From a phage: a stretch of 64,000 nucleotides of DNA. Of the stretch, positions 61,690 through 64,000 are shown piece by piece. Numbering within the stretch: position 1 is the first letter of the stretch; each line of letters opens with the position of its first letter. Location of the stretch: NCBI GenBank assembly GCA_014161675.1, contig GCA_014161675.1_4760.1, one strand, 5' to 3'. The notes beneath the pieces were generated by a model. The model was not told where the DNA came from and did not search any database. It was given only the letters and a program-made list of their open reading frames with translations. Both the position numbers and the translations under genes were made by a program.

Positions 61690-62567
61690 TAAAAGTCTCC
61701 GTAGTTAACCTGAAAACATTCTACACCAATTGATCGGTACATGTCAACCACTTGATCACGGTCATCTACTGCCAACACAACATGATAACGCGGTGCAATT
61801 TCAGAGAAGAAGATCTCTTTCTTCACTTCATGATCAGGACGACGGTCATTAGTTTCACGTTGAAAGTGATCACTAGGTTCAATACCCTGTTCACGCAACC
61901 ATTGCAGAGTATCTTCTTCGCAAACATCCTCACGCCCTGAGCATGTAATGATACGATAACCATTATCACGATACAGTTTAAGCATTTCTATAACTTGCGG
62001 ACGTGGTTTATCTTCTTTGACCTTTGTCCAGTCAAACGGATGACGACCGCCCTTATCCGCTAATGTTCCATCAATATCAAAGATCACTGCCTTCGGCAGC
62101 ATGGTATTCGGTTTGTATACTTCTTGACCCATATATTCCTGCATCAGATAAAATTGGTTACGCAAATGAGAAAGTGGAATTGCTTTCTCGCCGCGATAGA
62201 AATTACGTTTCTTTAGTGTCTCAAATGATTCATTGAACACTTGTTCAGTATACACCGCGTTAAATTCTTTTGCAAGTTCTTTGTAGAATACACGATGTTT
62301 TTCTTTCAGGTTGGTATCAGAGATAATGATACTCAATCCGCGTGATAGAGTCTCACGAGCAATCATTCTCTGAATAGACTCCACCAGCTTTTCTTTTTCC
62401 TTAGTATACTTGTATTTCAAATGTGAGTCAACACCAAACAACATAAGACGAAGATCATCACGATTCACATTACGATAATTACTAAACCGTTTACATGTTT
62501 CCATAGCCCATGTAGTTTTACCGGACCCAGAACAACCAACGGTTAAAATCACTTCACATTTCGGCAT
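61689..62567 (-). CDS. pseT: polynucleotide 5'-kinase / 3'-phosphatase
   Basis: P-loop 'GCSGSGKTTWA', 'ISDTNL', HAD motif 'VIFDIDGTLA', C-terminal 'IGVECFQVNYGDF' collinear with T4 Pnk; ATG 62567 with AAGGAGA RBS preferred. Confidence 0.85.
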   Translation of the reverse strand: MPKCEVILTVGCSGSGKTTWAMETCKRFSNYRNVNRDDLRLMLFGVDSHLKYKYTKEKEKLVESIQRMIARETLSRGLSIIISDTNLKEKHRVFYKELAKEFNAVYTEQVFNESFETLKKRNFYRGEKAIPLSHLRNQFYLMQEYMGQEVYKPNTMLPKAVIFDIDGTLADKGGRHPFDWTKVKEDKPRPQVIEMLKLYRDNGYRIITCSGREDVCEEDTLQWLREQGIEPSDHFQRETNDRRPDHEVKKEIFFSEIAPRYHVVLAVDDRDQVVDMYRSIGVECFQVNYGDF

Positions 62568-63019
62568 TATTTCTCCTTCGGTTTGCACCGTTCCTCATTA
62601 AGTTCTTTGCGATAATAACACATGATCAACTTACTTTCAAGTGTATATCTCTTAATATCAGCCAACCAGACTCTAAATTTTTGGGAGTCCTCCCACGACA
62701 TAGAAACTCTAGGTTTACCGTCTATTGTATCCACTTTCAGGTCAATGTCAACTTTTTCTATTGGTGCTGGTAGTGGTGGATGTAATTTCGGTTCCTGTGA
62801 ATAATGGTCCATTGTACACGAAGAAAGCGCAAATACAATAGGCACAGCGAAGACATGGATTATGGCGGTCTGAAAATTCTTATGTTCTTTCTTAAACATC
62901 CAGTGTATCACGAAAATTGAAAACACCATCAGGATAATAATGCTTGCACCTATCCCCAGATAATCAACCAGATTAAAATTGCTTATCTGCTCTTGCGTAG
63001 GCAATATTTCTATGCTCAT
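62567..63019 (-). CDS. membrane protein
   Basis: 150 aa with two hydrophobic segments. Confidence 0.45.
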   Translation of the reverse strand: MSIEILPTQEQISNFNLVDYLGIGASIIILMVFSIFVIHWMFKKEHKNFQTAIIHVFAVPIVFALSSCTMDHYSQEPKLHPPLPAPIEKVDIDLKVDTIDGKPRVSMSWEDSQKFRVWLADIKRYTLESKLIMCYYRKELNEERCKPKEK

Positions 63020-63339
63020 TTAGTAGCCTCCTTTAATTCTTCGGTAAACTCCTTAAATGAGTCATTAAGCTGTTTCTCTACCAACTTGGGTTTTTGTGTT
63101 ACTACATAGCCTCGTGTAGCGTCTTTCATTGCTTTGTTTTGTTCTTCTGCAAACTTAGTTCTTATTCCGTACATCTCCTTTTGTAGTGAGTCTACGACCT
63201 TCATCTTTTCATCTGTCTTTTTCTTATATTCTGTAAATTCCCGATTCAGTCGATCTACCTCCTTTTTATTTTCCCACCACATATTGCCACCTATCCCCAA
63301 CAACACAGATATGATAACAATGTATATCAGCTTTGACAT
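63016..63339 (-). CDS. small membrane-anchored coiled-coil protein
   Basis: Start at 'MSKLIYIVIIS' (GGGGG RBS); hairpin GCGGGG-ctagt-CCCCGC at about 63348-63372 lies upstream. Confidence 0.4.
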   Translation of the reverse strand: MSKLIYIVIISVLLGIGGNMWWENKKEVDRLNREFTEYKKKTDEKMKVVDSLQKEMYGIRTKFAEEQNKAMKDATRGYVVTQKPKLVEKQLNDSFKEFTEELKEATK

Positions 63340-63383
63340 ATTACCCCCAACGACAAAAGGCGGGGAACTAGCCCCGCTTATTA

Positions 63384-64000
63384 TTACCAATCAATCTTAT
63401 CAGCCGGAATTAGTTTCTTATAATTCCGTAGATAGTAAGTTTTCATTGAAGCCAGAATACGGTCATAATCAAGACCATCAAATGCAATCATCAGACACAT
63501 GAAAATATATGCTTGTGCATCACCATGTTTACGTGATTCGATAGTCGCATTGGATGCATATGTCTTTCTGTCTTCTCCCGCGTGTGCGTTATAAAATTCT
63601 GTTGCTGTCGTGAAGGCATTGCGAAGAATAGACCTGAATGCTTCCTCGAATAGCTCGATTCGTTCCAGTGCTTCCGGTTCGCCTTCATATGCAGCACGCA
63701 AATCATCGGTTTCACTTTCTACGACATAGTAGATCAGGTTATTAGGAAACATCGATGTGTTTTTAATGTTATGCACACCAATATACCATTCACTCTTCAC
63801 CTTGAACATTTGACCGTCTTTAGTGCGTGCAACAATTCCTTCGATACCTTCTGCGGTCCGAACTTCATCAAGAATATTGCTAAAACGCGCTGAATCAACC
63901 TGTAACGCATTTACCAGATGAGGACGTAGGATTGCGTCCGCAAATAGCATTTGATGCGGTACGTACTCTCCTGTGACGTTATGGCGTACATTCAGAAGTG
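63384..64000 (-). CDS. rnlA: RNA ligase 1, C-terminal part, truncated at window edge
   Basis: 'EGIVARTKDGQMFKVKSEWY', 'GEDRKTYA', 'YLRNYKKLIP' match T4 Rnl1 C-terminal region; N-terminus lies beyond nt 64000. Confidence 0.65.
   Translation of the reverse strand, partial: LLNVRHNVTGEYVPHQMLFADAILRPHLVNALQVDSARFSNILDEVRTAEGIEGIVARTKDGQMFKVKSEWYIGVHNIKNTSMFPNNLIYYVVESETDDLRAAYEGEPEALERIELFEEAFRSILRNAFTTATEFYNAHAGEDRKTYASNATIESRKHGDAQAYIFMCLMIAFDGLDYDRILASMKTYYLRNYKKLIPADKIDW

Noticed and set aside
51595-63390. ORF-track start codons taken at face value for several genes (for example 31541, 37264, 40176, 51595, 59588, 60971, 62588)
   Set aside because: Those positions are TTG or GTG; an in-frame ATG with a ribosome-binding site a few codons downstream fits the T4 homolog N-termini better, so starts were moved.

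Overview
This window is a T4-like (Tevenvirinae-type) myovirus genome segment, recognised by reading the ORF translations against remembered T4 proteins; no database search was run. The plus strand carries a near-complete late structural module in T4 order: gp5 (5'-truncated), 5.1, 5.4, gp6-gp12, wac, gp13-gp16, terminase gp17, gp18-gp20, gp67, gp68, gp21-gp24. It is followed by hoc/inh (minus), uvsW, uvsY, the baseplate hub genes 25, 26, 51, 27, 28, 29, 48, 54, and then a minus-strand early region (alt, small-gene array, ligase, gp31, cd, pseT, partial rnlA). The main finding is that gp17 is interrupted by what looks like an atypically split intein: a short N-fragment fused in frame to a Cys-rich nuclease-like domain, then a separately initiated ~106-aa C-fragment that ends in HN directly before the resuming Cys of gp17. 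Other notable items are: an early-promoter cassette with a gamma-class amino-methyltransferase inserted between gp8 and gp9; a fibritin with a ~140-aa extension after the foldon; a ~7-kb array of small early genes each behind a repeated promoter-leader unit, including a six-member paralog family; an operon pairing a compact C5-methyltransferase-like protein with a DUF262/ParB-like protein; two ADP-ribosyltransferases; and a NADAR-like gene beside DNA ligase. Several ORF-track starts are TTG/GTG and were moved to the nearest ATG with a ribosome-binding site. Regulatory coordinates are hand-counted and may be off by 1-2 nt.
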